The notes beneath the pieces were generated by a model that saw nothing but the letters and a program-made list of their open reading frames with translations, was not told the origin of the DNA and made no database searches. Below are positions 34,115 to 46,944 of a stretch of DNA of 64,000 bases, piece after piece. Each line of letters starts with the position of its first letter. Within the stretch, counting starts at the first letter, position 1. The DNA comes from Selaginella moellendorffii. Taxonomy: Eukaryota > Plantae > Lycopodiophyta. The stretch is from assembly GCF_000143415.4 (NCBI RefSeq), contig NW_003314297.1:1390412-1454411 (forward strand). The letters are read 5' to 3'. The translations under genes and the position numbers were made by a program.

Positions 34115-35019
34115 CTATTGCAAAATCTGGACTCCTTGAACACCAACTTCTGCTTGTAAGCATTCAAACCCAGAGCTGTTTAGATCGTCGCTCACTTGTT
34201 CCAAGACCTTTGGAGACAGTCCTGCAAGAGCGAGCGAGAGTTAGGAGAAGAACATAAAGAAGATTTGAGGAAAGCTTCCTACCTCTTGGAAGTAAAGTGA
34301 TCACGCAGCCGCCACCTCCTCCTCCGGTGAGCTTGGATTTCAAGCCGTACTTGGCTGTGATCTTGCAAATCTTCTCAATGGACGCATGGCTCACTCCAAT
34401 CGTTCCAAGAAGACCTTGGTTCAAAACGACGAGCTCCTCCAGCTTTTCCTGCTGGGACTGATCCTGCGAAGCACGTAAACGAGTGAATTCTCCGCTGAGG
34501 AGACACGAAAGTGTTGCTTACAGTCGCGGGCTGTGACTGGAGGATCCCGAGAAAGTCTTCCGAGATGCAATCGATAACATCAAAGATGCCAGACATGACC
34601 TTGGGGTGCTTCTCCTTGAGCTGACGAACGCCGCTCACCAATTTCTTGGTGTCTCTGGGAACTTTGGTGTTCGTGATAAGCATTTGCAGCGAGGCCAGGT
34701 TTGTGAGCACTTCTCTCTTGTCATTCTTCATCTTGACAACGTTTTCTGCCAAGATCATGATCTTGTGTAAACGAAGAAAAGAAAAGCAAGAACTACCGAA
34801 GGTACACACTGTATTGTCGATCCCGGATGGATTTCCATGGATGATCTTCTCTGCCTCGAAAGCCCAGCTGCTGATGAGCCGTGCGTCGTCCTCGCAAACG
34901 CCGATCCAATTGCTCCCCTCAAGCTTCCCATCCTTTTGGGGACGAGCGAAAGCCAGGAGCGAGGCAGCCACTGAGACTGCTAGAGCTGCCGAGGATCCAA
35001 GCCCGCAAGACATGGGAAT
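34115..35019 (-). pseudogene. MVK: Mevalonate kinase, 5'-truncated copy at the duplication junction
   Basis: Near-identical to 41377-42280, but sequence upstream of IPMSCGLGSSAA is replaced by tRNA-Asn flank. Confidence 0.9.
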
Positions 35020-35032
35020 GGGAGTAGTCTTA

Positions 35033-35097
35033 CGCTGGAAAGAGGATTCGAACCTCTGACCTTGTGGTTAACAGCCACACGCTCTAGCTAGTCCAGC
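35033..35097 (-). pseudogene. tRNA-Asn pseudogene with a 9-nt D-arm deletion
   Basis: Identical to 27850-27923 except loss of AACCTGCTG (plus strand); the downstream T-run is also absent. Confidence 0.92.
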
Positions 35098-35179
35098 TTA
35101 TATTAATGATAAAGAACTTAAATAATAAATAGTTAAATTTATTAACGCGCGATCTCAACGCTCATCACATGCCTATAGC

Positions 35180-36747
35180 TCAGCTGCAAATTATATTTTG
35201 ATCGAGCCTGACGGACGCGTTCACGAGCAAGTCAGCATTGAGCTTCATCGTTGTACTTCTCGTGCGCTCTTCCATGTCGATCCCGCCCGGGTTAGCAGCA
35301 TGCCAATTAAATGCCTGGAGCAAACTGGCCACGTAAAACGCGATCGATCTCATCGCCAGTGGATAGCCGGCACATACTCTCCTGCCCGATGAGAATGGGA
35401 TGAAATCAAAGTTCTGCCCGTTGATGGCGCTGCTGGAGCCGAGAAGACGCTCCGGCTGGAACGTTCCTGGGTCGGACCAGCGAGTGGGATCGCGTCCGAT
35501 GGCCCATATGTTGACGAGAACCTTGCAGCCGCCGGGGATGGTGTAGCCGCCCAGGTTGACGGGCTTGAGATTCTTGTGAGGAACTCCCAGTGGGGCCGCC
35601 GGGTGGAGACGCAGTGATTCCTTGACAATGGCATCGATGTATGGAAGGTTTGGAAGATCGGACTCTTGCACCGCGCGAGCTCTCCCTACAACGCTGTCCA
35701 GTTCGGCTTGAGCCTTGGACACGACTCGGGGATGGCTTATGAGCTCCGCCATTGTCCACTCGAGCGTCACTTGTGAAGTTTCCAACCCTGCAACAACCAG
35801 GTCCTGTCGCAAGAAGTGAAAAAAACCAATATCACGATGCTGGTAAAACTTACCACGAGCAGTGCCAAAATGGAAATGTCTGGCAATTTATCCTTGTCCT
35901 CGAGAGATATAAGAACGTCAGTGAAGTCTCGAGGGACGAACCCGTCCCCAGCTTGATCTTTTCTGCGTCGATGCTTGTCGACTTGATCTTCCAGCAAGAG
36001 CTTCAGGCGAGGCATGAGCTCCCTGTTGAGTTTCTTGTAGATTCCATGGAGATCCAGCCCGTCAAGTGCCGGAAGCAGGGCACCGATGTTCAGGTGCAAG
36101 CTTAGAGATGCTATCTTCTGGCTGAGATCCATAACCTCCAGCCCCCGCTCGCTAAAAAGAACCAGGCATAGCGAATTCGACAAGAGACTACTGAAAACCT
36201 CTTGCAAATTGATCGTTGTCTCGGATTGCTGGAAAATGGACTTGACTGTATGCTTCATCTCCGACTCCCGGAATCCTGCGCTTACCTTGAGCATACTGTT
36301 GCTAAACAGGTGTGTGCTGCAAATCCTCCTCATGGTCTTCCACTTATCACCTATAGGCCCGAGGATGAGACCGTTCCAGTTGTGGCTGACGATCCGAAAG
36401 AACTCGTCGTCCGGCCGGCTTGCAAACTCGAGATCGTGGGTCTTAAGAACCTGTGCGGCCATTTCGTTGTTGTTCACCACCACGAACGGGGCCATTCCGA
36501 TCTTGAGGTAGACGATCGGCCCATACTTCTTGCTGATCTTTGCAAAGTGCTGGTGGAGTGGCTCCTCGAGGGAGAAGAGCGCTCCAAAAATGGGGAAAGA
36601 GAATGGACCTGGAGGGAGGCGCCGTTGTTGCGATGATCGAATTCTCCGTATGAGGAGTGATAGTGTGATCCAGGCGATGCCCAGGACAAACAAAGCCACA
36701 CCTAAGTCCATCGCTTCAAAGGTCTGAATCTCCACGGCCATGGCCAT
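35180..36747 (-). CDS. Cytochrome P450, CYP71 clan, copy 2 (exons 36747-35854, 35803-35180)
   Basis: Same structure as copy 1 with scattered substitutions, including PERF to PERL. Confidence 0.92.
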
Positions 36748-37169
36748 ATTGTAGAGAACTTGACAGGATCAAAGAAGACCCCCGGTGGGCGGGGTTCGCA
36801 AGGCTGCCGTCTCTGTTGGATGGCCCCGTGGCATGCATGATCCCATAAAAAACTCGCAGTAGCAGTAGTAGCCGCCCACATGGTTTAAAACTTATAGGAG
36901 AATATATTTGAATATTTTAGAATATTTTACTATCTAACGGTTGTTATTCATTTAAATTAATCTTGTATTTATAATTTATAAACATGTTTATAATTTATGA
37001 ACTTTCTTAAACCCTTTCTAGTATATTCTTTTTATTCTATCATATACAATAAGATTAATCTTGTGTTTATAAATTACAAACATGTTTATAATTACAAACT
37101 TTATTTAATCAATTGGATTAACAAGTAAGAATAACACTATTATTAAGCAAACCAAGTGTTGCTAAATAA

Positions 37170-37550
37170 TTTTTTAATAATACTAGTCAAAAACTTTTTA
37201 CAAGAGGTCGAAGAGGTCTATATGGCCAATCTCCCATATAGAAACTCGAACGCCCGCGGAAACACTCTCTTCTAGCCTGGAAGAAATGCTCTTGGCGGTG
37301 GGGACGTAGACCCTGTGCTTGTTTTGATCCTTAAAGTAGTGCACCGAATCCCGGGATCAGAAGCTCCAAGAATTGGTCGCCAACAATAGCTCCATGAAAA
37401 GTAGGGTTAACAAATAGGAATCTCCTACCCGACGAGAATGGAATGAAATCGAAGTGGCAGGGATAGCGCTGCTGGAGCTGAGAAAACGCTCTGGCTGGAA
37501 CGCTTCTGGGTGAGTGGAATTGCGTCCGCGGCCATGGCCATAGTTGACAT
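37170..37550 (-). pseudogene. Chimeric CHID1 3' / CYP450 3' relics in copy 2
   Basis: AFQPERFLSSSSA and FDFIPFSSGRR fragments next to a CHID1 C-terminal fragment. Confidence 0.8.
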
Positions 37551-37604
37551 GCATCGTGATTCCTCAGATGGTTTGGATTTTTAATGATACCACGCAAGAC
37601 ATTT

Positions 37605-39270
37605 TTACAAGAGGTCGAAGAAATGCTCCAAGCCTTGGCCAATCTCCCATATAGAAACTCCAACACCCGCGGAAACACTCTCTTCTAGCCTCGAAGTAAC
37701 GCTCTTGGCAGTGGGGAAGTAGACCCTGTGCTTGTTTTGATCCTTGGAGTAATCAAAGTAATGCTCTCGGTTCATCGAATCCCATACGAGCTTGGGAGTG
37801 TACTCTTTGAGAAGCTCCAAGAATTGGTCGCCAACAATAGCTCCACCACCTAGAATGAAACTAGCGTTAAGAAAGTGTTTCGAGCAAGAAGCTCTAGCAT
37901 ACCTCGCGGAAGAACGTAGTCGTTTCCATAGAAGTTTATTCCCATCAGGATCTTGGAAGAGACCTCGTTGGATTTCCCTGCGAGTAAAGAGTTGAGGCAG
38001 GAGCGTATCCAGGGAAGCGGTGCGTTCGGGCCTGGACGATAAGCGTTTGAGAAATCGTAAGTCATGAGCGAGAAGCCATCGACGGCGTGTTGCAAAGAAT
38101 GGAGGTCCCCTCGCGTGAACTCTTCCGGACCTCCTCCACGCTCGGGTGGTATAACGAGCACGAGTTGCAATGGACGGGTGGCGCTGGCAGCGTTGAGCTT
38201 GTGTAAGGACGAGCCAAGTTCTCGGATAAATGCTAGAGCCTGTAGATTTCTTGTTGTCAGACAATGTTCTTGAAATTGTTTCTTACAAACCTTTTCACGT
38301 AAACGATGGTTCTCGAGTATTCTGTAAGAAGCCCAGGAATTCCACGCTTCCAGCACGATGCCATCGTAAGCTTGCTCCCTAAGAGAAAATCACAAAAAAA
38401 GAAAAAGATGAAAGACTCACGTACTTGCACTCTTCGAGGATTAGCTTGATTGCCTTTTGCTTCTCGTCTGCACTCACAAGCATGCTGTCTAAGGACCAGC
38501 CTTCAAGCACCACACGCGGAACAATCTGCGCGAAATGGTCACTGAAAGAAGTAACTATCATAAGAATCACAAGACCAAAAACTTGATAGATACACATAAA
38601 AACTATAAGATCATACCAGTGGAAATCCCTGCTTTCGCACTTCGGAAATCCATCCTTGATCCACATCATGCTTGCCCGCTAAACTCATGCCTTTGTCATC
38701 TCTACAGAATTTACAGAACAATCAACTTACACAACAGTGAGGAGCAAAGCCTACCTTCTTAGCTGATACCACACAGGAGAAACATGAGTGAGCTTGTGCC
38801 GGAATTTTTTTGCCATATCATATCCTTTGGAATTCCTGCGACAAAAGATCATCCATGAGAAGAAAGAAAGAAGAACAATCAATCAAGAACTAACCATGGC
38901 GTGACATAGGCGAGAACAGTGCCATTCAGCTTTCTCTTAGCTCCAACACGCGGAGCTCGCGATGCTGCCTGAGGAAAATGGAGAAAATCAAAGCGATGGA
39001 TGAAGAAAACATGGAGAAATCGATTTAGCATACCTTCAAGATATCTCTGTAGAACAGATCCTCACCTCCTCCCAAAGAACTAGCGAGTGGATCTCTAGAA
39101 TAATGGAAATACCACGCTAAGAAGAAGAAAACAAGCACCAAGGCCAAAATGCCGTGCTTGAACCGCGATCCAGTGCTTTGCTGGGAATCTCCAGCCTTCT
39201 CAAGAGCATTGGAGCCTGGTCTACGAGCCTGGCGCTCACCGCTGCTGTGCCGGCGCCTCTGCTGAGCCAT
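37605..39270 (-). CDS. CHID1: Chitinase domain-containing protein 1, copy 2
   Basis: Translated ORF segments identical to copy 1. Confidence 0.9.
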
Positions 39271-39324
39271 CTGGCAAGGATGCCCTAATTCCAATGCGGA
39301 GGTTTTTGTTAGGGTTTATCGCCC

Positions 39325-41357
39325 ATGGCTATGGAGGACGGTGGCGCGCTGCTCGTTTCTCCTCCTTGGAAGCAAATGGAGGTAACTCGAGGCTCGATCC
39401 TGACAAAGCGCTGTGGATTGACACGATTTGATGCATCAGGAGTATTATTCTCAGCTGACCGGTGCCGCATTGCGCGTGAAATCTACCGCGACGATGGGGA
39501 AAGGTATCGCTGTGCTTGTTTCTCTCGCGAATTCTAGCTTTGGAGATCTTGCAGGCCTCTTTGCCGAGAGAGATTTTGACGCGGAAGAGGTGATCTTGAT
39601 CGAAGAGCCTCTCGTTGCTGCACAGCACAGCCATAACAAGGTATTTGATTGGAATTGTTTTGCTTTACGAGTTCTTGTTCTTGTTCTTGTTCATTCATGG
39701 ACAGAACGATGCGGTTGTGTGTGGCTTTTGCTTTCGCTACGTCGGTTCCATCCAGCTCCAAATACAACGCAAACTTGAAGCTCCAGAGACTCACTCGTGC
39801 TGCTATCACGAAGACGAAGATGAAGAAGAAGACCACCACCGGCATGGTGTTTCTTCGGAGGAAGCTTTAGCTCTTCTAAAAGGTGATGGTTTCTCTCTTC
39901 CTCATGGAGACAAGTTTTTGCTACCGGAGGTAGTCAAGTGCTCTGGTGGATGCTCGGAGATTTACTGCAGGTAAGTTTGTGAATGCGCTGCGACTTCCTT
40001 CTCATAACTCTTGCTTGCTTCCTTTTGCGAGTAGCAAATCGTGTGCACAAAGGGCCTGGCATGATCACCACTCGTTGCTTTGCAATGGTGTTTCACAACA
40101 CAGGGACGAGCTTGTTCTTTTCAAAGAATTTGCTGATGGTAAACTGCTGTTCTCTACTCGTCCTGACTTTCATCCTCTCCAGAAACCAACGACATTTTCC
40201 ATTTGGCCAGCAAGGTAGCCTTCGCTTGTTTCTTTGTTTTGCGACTATGTTTTACGTTCTCTGTGCAGTTGATTGCGAAGGTTATGCTTCGCACGAAAAA
40301 GCTTTCTGAAAGCAGTGGAGTTACAGACCGAAATACACTCCTTGAGGCGTGGAAACCATTTGCCATGGGAGAAAAGCGTCTGTAAGTACGCTTTTCGCTT
40401 CGTAAGAGTTTAATTTCGCCAAGTTCAGGTGGTGGGAAGCCGTGGCTCTTCCAGACGACGTTGATCCTTTAGAAGAAGCATCTTTCAGGAGCCAAATCAA
40501 GGAAGTAGCGGAAGCAGTAAGTTCCAAAGCATAACGATTATGTACACTAACATGTTCATGTTTTTTCTAGTCCTTGAGCCAGCTCAAAGCTGCGCTGTGG
40601 GAGCCGGAGTTTGCACCTCGTATCCTAAACCTTTGTTTCTTTTGGCGTTTTCTTTGACACCACCAGTTTTTTCTTTGGAGATTTATGGGAGCATCATCGG
40701 CATGTTCGAGCTAAACAACCTGTAAGCCATCTCTGTCGTTGAGAATCTCGAGTCACACGGCTTTTTCCAGAGATGTCGTCGTCGCCTCACCCGTTGAAAA
40801 CTACTTTCTCTACATTCAAGATCTTGAGCCAGCTCTCAAGGTAACTAGAAGATAACATGGATGGACTAGTGCCACGTCTTTGAATCACAGGAACAAACAG
40901 AACAAATTACTCGACCACTGTTTGGGCTTTGGGCGAGAAGTACGCTTCCTTCTGCCAAGGTGGGTTTAACGTCCAGAACTATTCGTGGAATTTGAATGTA
41001 CTTCCAGGTTCTGGGTTTTTCGCATTGCACAGCTGCATAAACCACTCTTGCGAGCCGAATGCGAAAGCTTTTAAGCGAGATGAGGTCTGTTTTGTAGAGA
41101 GGATAGACCACAATTTGACTCGAGTTTTTTTCAGGACATAAATGGCAATGCTGTGATAATTGCGACGAGGAAGATCATGAAAGGAGAACAGGTGAATCAA
41201 ATCTTTCTTTCTTGTTTTCACTCAAAATGGTTTTCAGATTTTCACCTCATACATCGAGGAGGAAGATTTATCGTACACCGAGAGACAAGCAATGCTGTCG
41301 GACTACGGCTTCGCGTGCGAATGTACCAAGTGCTTCAGGGAGAAAAACCAGTCTTAA
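39325..41357 (+). pseudogene. ATXR2: ATXR2-like copy 2 with an apparent 1-bp frameshift near 40924
   Basis: Copy 1 CTGTTTGAGGCTTTGGGC versus copy 2 CTGTTTGGGCTTTGGGC, upstream of the NHSC motif. Confidence 0.75.
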
Positions 41358-41376
41358 ATCGGGCAAACCTTTGATG

Positions 41377-42807
41377 CTATTGCAAAATCTGGACTCCTTG
41401 AACACCAACTTCTGCTTGTAAGCATTCAAACCCAGAGCTGTTTAGATCGTCGCTCACTTGTTCCAAGACCTTTGGAGACAGTCCTGCACGAGCGAGCGAG
41501 GGTTAGGAGAAGAACATAAAGAAGACTTGAGAAAAGCTTTCTACCTCTTGGAAGTAAAGTGATCACGCAGCCGCCACCTCCTCCTCCGGTGAGCTTGGAT
41601 TTCAAGCCGTACTTGGCTGTGATCTTGCAAATCTTCTCAATGGACGCATGGCTCACTCCAATCGTTCCAAGAAGACCTTGGTTCAAAACGACGAGCTCCT
41701 CCAGCTTTTCCTGCTGGGACTGATCCTGCGAAGCACGTAAACGAGTGAATTCTCCGCTGGGGAGACGCGAAAGTCTTGCTTACAGTCGCGGGCTGTGACT
41801 GGAGGATCCCGAGAAAGTCTTCCGAGATGGAATCGATAACATCAAAGATGCCAGACATGACCTTGGGGTGCTTCTCCTTGAGCTGACGAACGCCGCTCAC
41901 CAATTTCTTGGTGTCTCTGGGAACTTTGGTGTTCGTGATAAGCATTTGCAGCGAGGCCAGGTTTGTGAGCACTTCTCTCTTGTCATTCTTCATCTTGACA
42001 ACGTTTCCTGCCAAGATCATGATCTTGTGTAAACGAAGAAAAGAAAAGCAAGAACTACCGAAAGTACACACTGTATTGTCGATCCCGGATGGATTTCCAT
42101 GGATGATCTTCTCTGCCTCGAAAGCCCAGCTGCTGATGAGCCGTGCGTCGTCCTCGCAAACGCCGATCCAATTGCTCCCAGCAAGTTTCCCATCCTTTTG
42201 GGGACGAGCGAAAGCGAGGAGCGAGGCAGCCACTGAGACTGCTAGAGCTGCCGAGGATCCAAGCCCGCAAGACATGGGAATCTCCGACTCGATCGTCAAG
42301 ACCACCGGCTTCAACCTGGAAGAACCTCTGGCTCCTGTCAAAGAGAAGAAAAAACCATCTTTCCTTCTTACCCGACGATGGAGACGTAGAGGAACAAAAC
42401 AGCCACCACTCCTGCTAGTTTTCCACCAGAAAACTCGGGAGGAAGCTCACAATTTCCACGAGTCCCTCGCTTCTCCAGCAATGCCGCCAGTTTCCCTGCG
42501 AGATCCTGCCGCACAGCCATGGGATCCACTTCCTGCAGCGCCGAAATCCCCAGCTCCTGCCGGATGAAATCCAGCGACCACTCCAGCGTCACATTGAGAT
42601 CAGGCAGCACGAGAAGAAAGCTGGGGGAGTCTCCTGCTCTGGGCGATGAGGGATCAGACGAGCAGCCAGCGCCAGAGCTCGCGCCTTACCTCTCTCGATC
42701 CGTGCGCGCGTGTAGATCCCAATGGCGGCGGCCACGCCAGTGGATCCGTGGACGACGGCATGCTCCCCACACAGGATCACCTTCGCGGGCGCTCTGGCCA
42801 CAGCCAT
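41377..42807 (-). CDS. MVK: Mevalonate kinase, intact, multi-exon
   Basis: APAKVILCGEHAVVHG, IPMSCGLGSSAA, EKIIHGNPSGIDN, SKLTGGGGGGC (GHMP kinase motifs). Confidence 0.95.
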
Positions 42808-42971
42808 TGCCAGAAATCTAGGTCACAACCTATTTTAAAGCTACAGTTAAAACTCAATGCCAGTCAATTAAATAAGTAAGAAATGAAACACTTTTTACCA
42901 GGTTTGACTGGCCTAAAAGGGTCAACACTGGTAACAATATCTTACAATCAAGCTAAACACTCCTTGATCGA

Positions 42972-45421
42972 TCACGGTTGGTCTGTGAGCGCGAGAGTAT
43001 GCCACCACCCACACGCTACGTTTACTGCCCGGTGCTCGAGCGGAACTTCATGAGGAGTATCACGGTCGCCCGTGTCGCCAAGTCCTAGCTGCCAAGTTTC
43101 CAAAATCATCAAGAGGGCTTTGCAAGCAAAAAGAGAATACAGCTACTTACCTGGCCATACTTGTTCCATCCCCAGCAAAAAACCTTCCCCTTTTCTGCTC
43201 AAAAGAACAAAAAAACCAACTTCTGGTTGGAAATGCGGATTTTTGTGGAGCTCAGTACCTGTGGTTATTGCGCTGTGTCGAGCACCGCAGGACACTGACT
43301 TTGCGCACTCGTCCTCCAGCACCGCGGCCTCTACAAGCTTAGGGAGCGTCTGCAAACAAGACAGTGGTTAAGTTAAGCTTGAAGAATTTTTGATCAAGAG
43401 TTTTCACCACCTCCGAGTGATCGCCCCCAACGCCGAGTTGTCCGAACTGATTCCCACCAAAAGCGTACACCTCCCCAGTATCTGTGATGCACAGTGTGTG
43501 CCAAAGCCCAGATGCGATCGCTGTAACGTGGAGACCACCAAGAGAAGACACGTAGTTTGGGCTGAGCTCGTCTTCTGTGCTGCCTTGCCCACACTGAAAC
43601 ACAGGACTTTTCTTCAGGACACGACAAGTAAAACAGCTAAAACGTTACCTGGCCGTAGAGTCCCCATCCGAAAGTCAGAACAGCTCCACCATCTACAGCA
43701 AAAAACTTTTAGACTAACTTTCAGACTTGTAGATATCGTCAAGCTTGTAACCTGTTAAGATTGCACTGTGTCGCCCACCACAAGCAATTCCAACTATATA
43801 ACTACCCGGTGGCTTTACTGCACCAGCCCTGTTGCCTTTTCTCAGCCAGTAAGTTGACGGCTCCAGCGGTATTGGCTGCGGTGACGAGACCGTGCGCATG
43901 CGAGTACCCAGGCCCAGCTGACCTTCGCCTCCATATCCCCAGCTCCATACCTGGCCAGTGTCTAAAATCCGAAACAAAACGCTTATGAGAGCGACAGAGT
44001 GAACGAAAGAAAGTAAAAGCCACGGAAAAACTTGCCTGTAAGTGCCAAAGTATGTCGCCCTCCCGTTGCGACAAGAATAACTTTGGCAGGCATTGGAACA
44101 CAGCACAGAGGTGCTACCACCGCTTCGTCGACACCAGCTCCAGGACTGTCAGGAGAGCCAGCTTCATCCGTGCTGACTTTGCGTTTCTTGCTGGAATCAA
44201 CTTTGTCATTGACCTTTAGAGCACTGCGAGGACTCTGTACTCTGCTACTGCTTGATCCTAGTCGGTGTTTCTCTGGAGAATTGTGGTCGGGTCCAGCCCG
44301 TTTCAGCCTACGACGCGCCTCTGGGGAGTGCCCGGGACTCGAGTCCAAGTCGGGTTCCACGTGTTTTAACTCTTCGGTTCGTCCTTGATAGTCGTAAGGA
44401 TCTCCCGAAACACCCTGCTCCACACAGTTTTTGTCACTTGGAACGCATTCCTTCCATCCCCACGTATACACTTCGCCAGTCTCTGAAACGAAAAGATCGG
44501 TTTTTTCCCGATGCTCAAACCTCCACTAACCTGTCACAACAGCGCAATGGGCCCAGCCTGCAGCTGCAAAAATCGCTGGCGGTGTTTGTAATGGGAAAGG
44601 TTCCGGATGCTCCTGAACACAGAAGTTGCAGATAAACAAAGTTAAGTTGGCAGAATATAATATACCTGGTGTTTTCCGGAAATGTGGTAACACTGCCCAA
44701 GATCATCAGTCGAGCCCCAAGTATGCAATTTTCCACTCTCTGTTGTGTTAGGATCCATCAAAGGAAGAAACAACAAAAGCCACAACACAAAGTTAGAATT
44801 TTATTGTTTTTTACTGAAGAAGATAAGCTCTGGCATCTGCAAAACTGCCACCGAGAAAAACGAAGAGCATCAATACAAAAGGAAAAGGATGTCAGCTAAA
44901 GGAGGCATTTGGAAAATGCAATAAACAGGCAGGCAATGGGCTAAAACTGGATGGTTACAGTGTTTTTTTTCTCTTTTTTTGTTGGTCTTCAAAGCAGCAA
45001 CTTCACCGAGTCTGCAACTTAAAAACAAGGCACAGAACAAACAGAAAAACTGTGAGATCGATCGAGCGGATAAGCTCGAGAAAACAACGAGACCCACGGC
45101 AAAAAAGAAAGAGAGGCTTGTAACACAAAGGGAAAGAACTCACTCACTCAAGCGGCTGCATACCCATCTTCATTCCATCTGCATTCTTGCGACTGTTTCG
45201 TTTCTGTTCCTACCTGAGAGAGCTAGAGCAAAACCACAACCTCCACTACACACAGCCCTCCACCCATCGTCGGGGCTCGCCGGCGACACCTTGGTGGGAA
45301 CGACGATCGGTGATCTCTGCGGCGACGATGCCGGCAAATACCCCCACATACGTACACCGAGCTTCCTCGTACCCTGGATCTCCATCAATCCAGCGCTCAC
45401 CTTCTTCACCGGGCTCGGCAT
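42972..45421 (-). CDS. RCC1-repeat family protein, multi-exon
   Basis: Repeats such as VATGGRHTLAL, WGYGGEGQLGLG, IACGGRHS, ASGLWHT, GGNQFGQLG, VACGWWHT; N-terminal MWGYLP..SPQRSPI. Confidence 0.9.
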
Positions 45422-45579
45422 TGCTATCCGGCTGCTTCCACCAACACGAAAACCCCCAAATCACTGTTAAACCCTAAAGTGGCATCCATGAGAAGCTTCT
45501 AGACCGCTTATTAGCTCGACATTTTGTGGCCCAAAAGCACCCAGGAAATATCCGGCAGGGACAGCTGGCAGCACGAAAC

Positions 45580-45700
45580 GCATTCCACGTCAGTAGCGCA
45601 AGGACCAGGTGGCAGCCACGTCAAGGTCACGTGCTCGGATATGCATGAACATAATAATGGTGTCCCATTAGCAGCCGTGGATTATGACGTGCCACGCTCG
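45580..45700. promoter_or_regulatory. ACGT-core (ABRE/G-box/C-box) cluster in a divergent promoter
   Basis: CCACGTCA twice, CACGTG and TGACGTGCC within about 110 bp. Confidence 0.55.
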
Positions 45701-45917
45701 CCATGCAAACACACACTTGGCAGTTGCTCAGCGCCCGCACCTCCCAGATTCCCTTGTTACCCTTGCCAAAGCAAAATCACATCTATCCTCCCCTCATCTT
45801 CATCCCTTCCCAGCTATAAGAGCTCCATATTCTTGATTCCTTGCGCCAGATCTCTCTCTCTCTCTCCCATTCCTAAAACTCCTTGGTCGATCGATCTAGG
45901 GAAGGAGCGCTCTCGCC

Positions 45918-46944
45918 ATGGTGAAGCTCGTCTCCTCGCGCACAGCGCGGCTCTACGCCCCTGGCGGCTACCGCGAGCTCCTCGAGGGGATCAATGGATT
46001 CATCTATGTTCTTGGCGCGGTGCTCATCCTTGCCGGCTTGATCTTCCAGCTCCCCAGCCACGAGAACAGCAAGCTCGGATTGATCCTCGCCCTCACCGGA
46101 TCCATCCTTATCCTCCTTGTTAATTTGCATGATCTATACGCCCACCTCGCCGGCGTGGATTTCAAACTGGAGCTGCTCAAGGTGGATCCGCAGTACATCC
46201 TGGTCGAGATCGCCGTGCCCGTCGTCACCGCGCTGGGATCGTTCCTCGTGTTCTTGGGCCTGCTCTTCTTGCTCCTGGTAAGCACAAAAAGTTCCAGTCT
46301 CTGGTTTGAATTTTCTGGATCCCCTGGATCGATCGATCGTGCAGACTGCCAAGGGGAGGTACTCGCATCACACCAGGAACTCCCTCGCGGTCCACGGATT
46401 GAGAATGCTCATCGCGGGGCCGGCATTGTGGCTGCTCGCGTCGATCCACAACATCTTCCAGCTCTACGAGCGCGCGAGCTTGGGCGTCCAGGCCTACGAG
46501 CGGGGGGTCACTGTGTGCTTCGTCATCGCTAGCACGCTACTGCTGTGTGGAGGAGTGATCGGATTGCCATACTGGCCCAAGACGGTGGAGAGGAGGCTCC
46601 AGGTAATGGACTCGATTCTTTTCAATTTCAAAACCCTAAATTTTTCTGTCTTCTCGCAGAGCAATGCGACCTGGTTTGCGATCCTGGGCGCGGCGCTGCT
46701 TGTTCTGGGCGGAATTGTCAACCTGATGAGGATCTCAACGCTGCAGCGCCTGGAGCGCGAAGGTCCTGGCCATGGCGGCGAATTTCTGAGAGGTGGCGCG
46801 CAGGAGAGCCTTAACCGCATGCGCGGCGAATCAGGCGAGCCATTCCTGGAGGGCAGTGCCAAGCACCGCGAGGATGTGGAGGGCGGTGAAGGTCGCAGCT
46901 TGTACAAGGATGTGGTTGCTGGCTCTCCAGAGCGCCTCTACTAG
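45918..46944 (+). CDS. Conserved plant multi-pass membrane protein of unknown function (exons about 45918-46277, 46345-46602, 46660-46944)
   Basis: MVKLVSSR..RLY, VNLHDLYAHLAGVDF and LIAGPALWLLASIHN; several hydrophobic segments. Confidence 0.8.

Larger units (their letters stand above)
27840..35019. repeat. Tandem segmental duplication, copy 1 (about 7.2 kb)
   Basis: Colinear, near-identical sequence recurs about 7.18-7.26 kb downstream. Confidence 0.95.
35023..42280. repeat. Tandem segmental duplication, copy 2
   Basis: Same gene order (tRNA-Asn, CYP, CHID1, ATXR2, MVK); identity ends at GACATGGGAAT (35019 versus 42280). Confidence 0.95.

Noticed and set aside
11622-41357. Four SET-domain loci in one window as a chromatin gene cluster
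   Set aside because: They belong to unrelated SET families, one is a pseudogene and one arises from the tandem duplication; chance is sufficient
43143-43152. ACTTACCTGG resembling the U1 snRNA 5' end
   Set aside because: It is the reverse complement of a CAG|GTAAGT splice donor of the RCC1-like gene; no other U1 sequence follows
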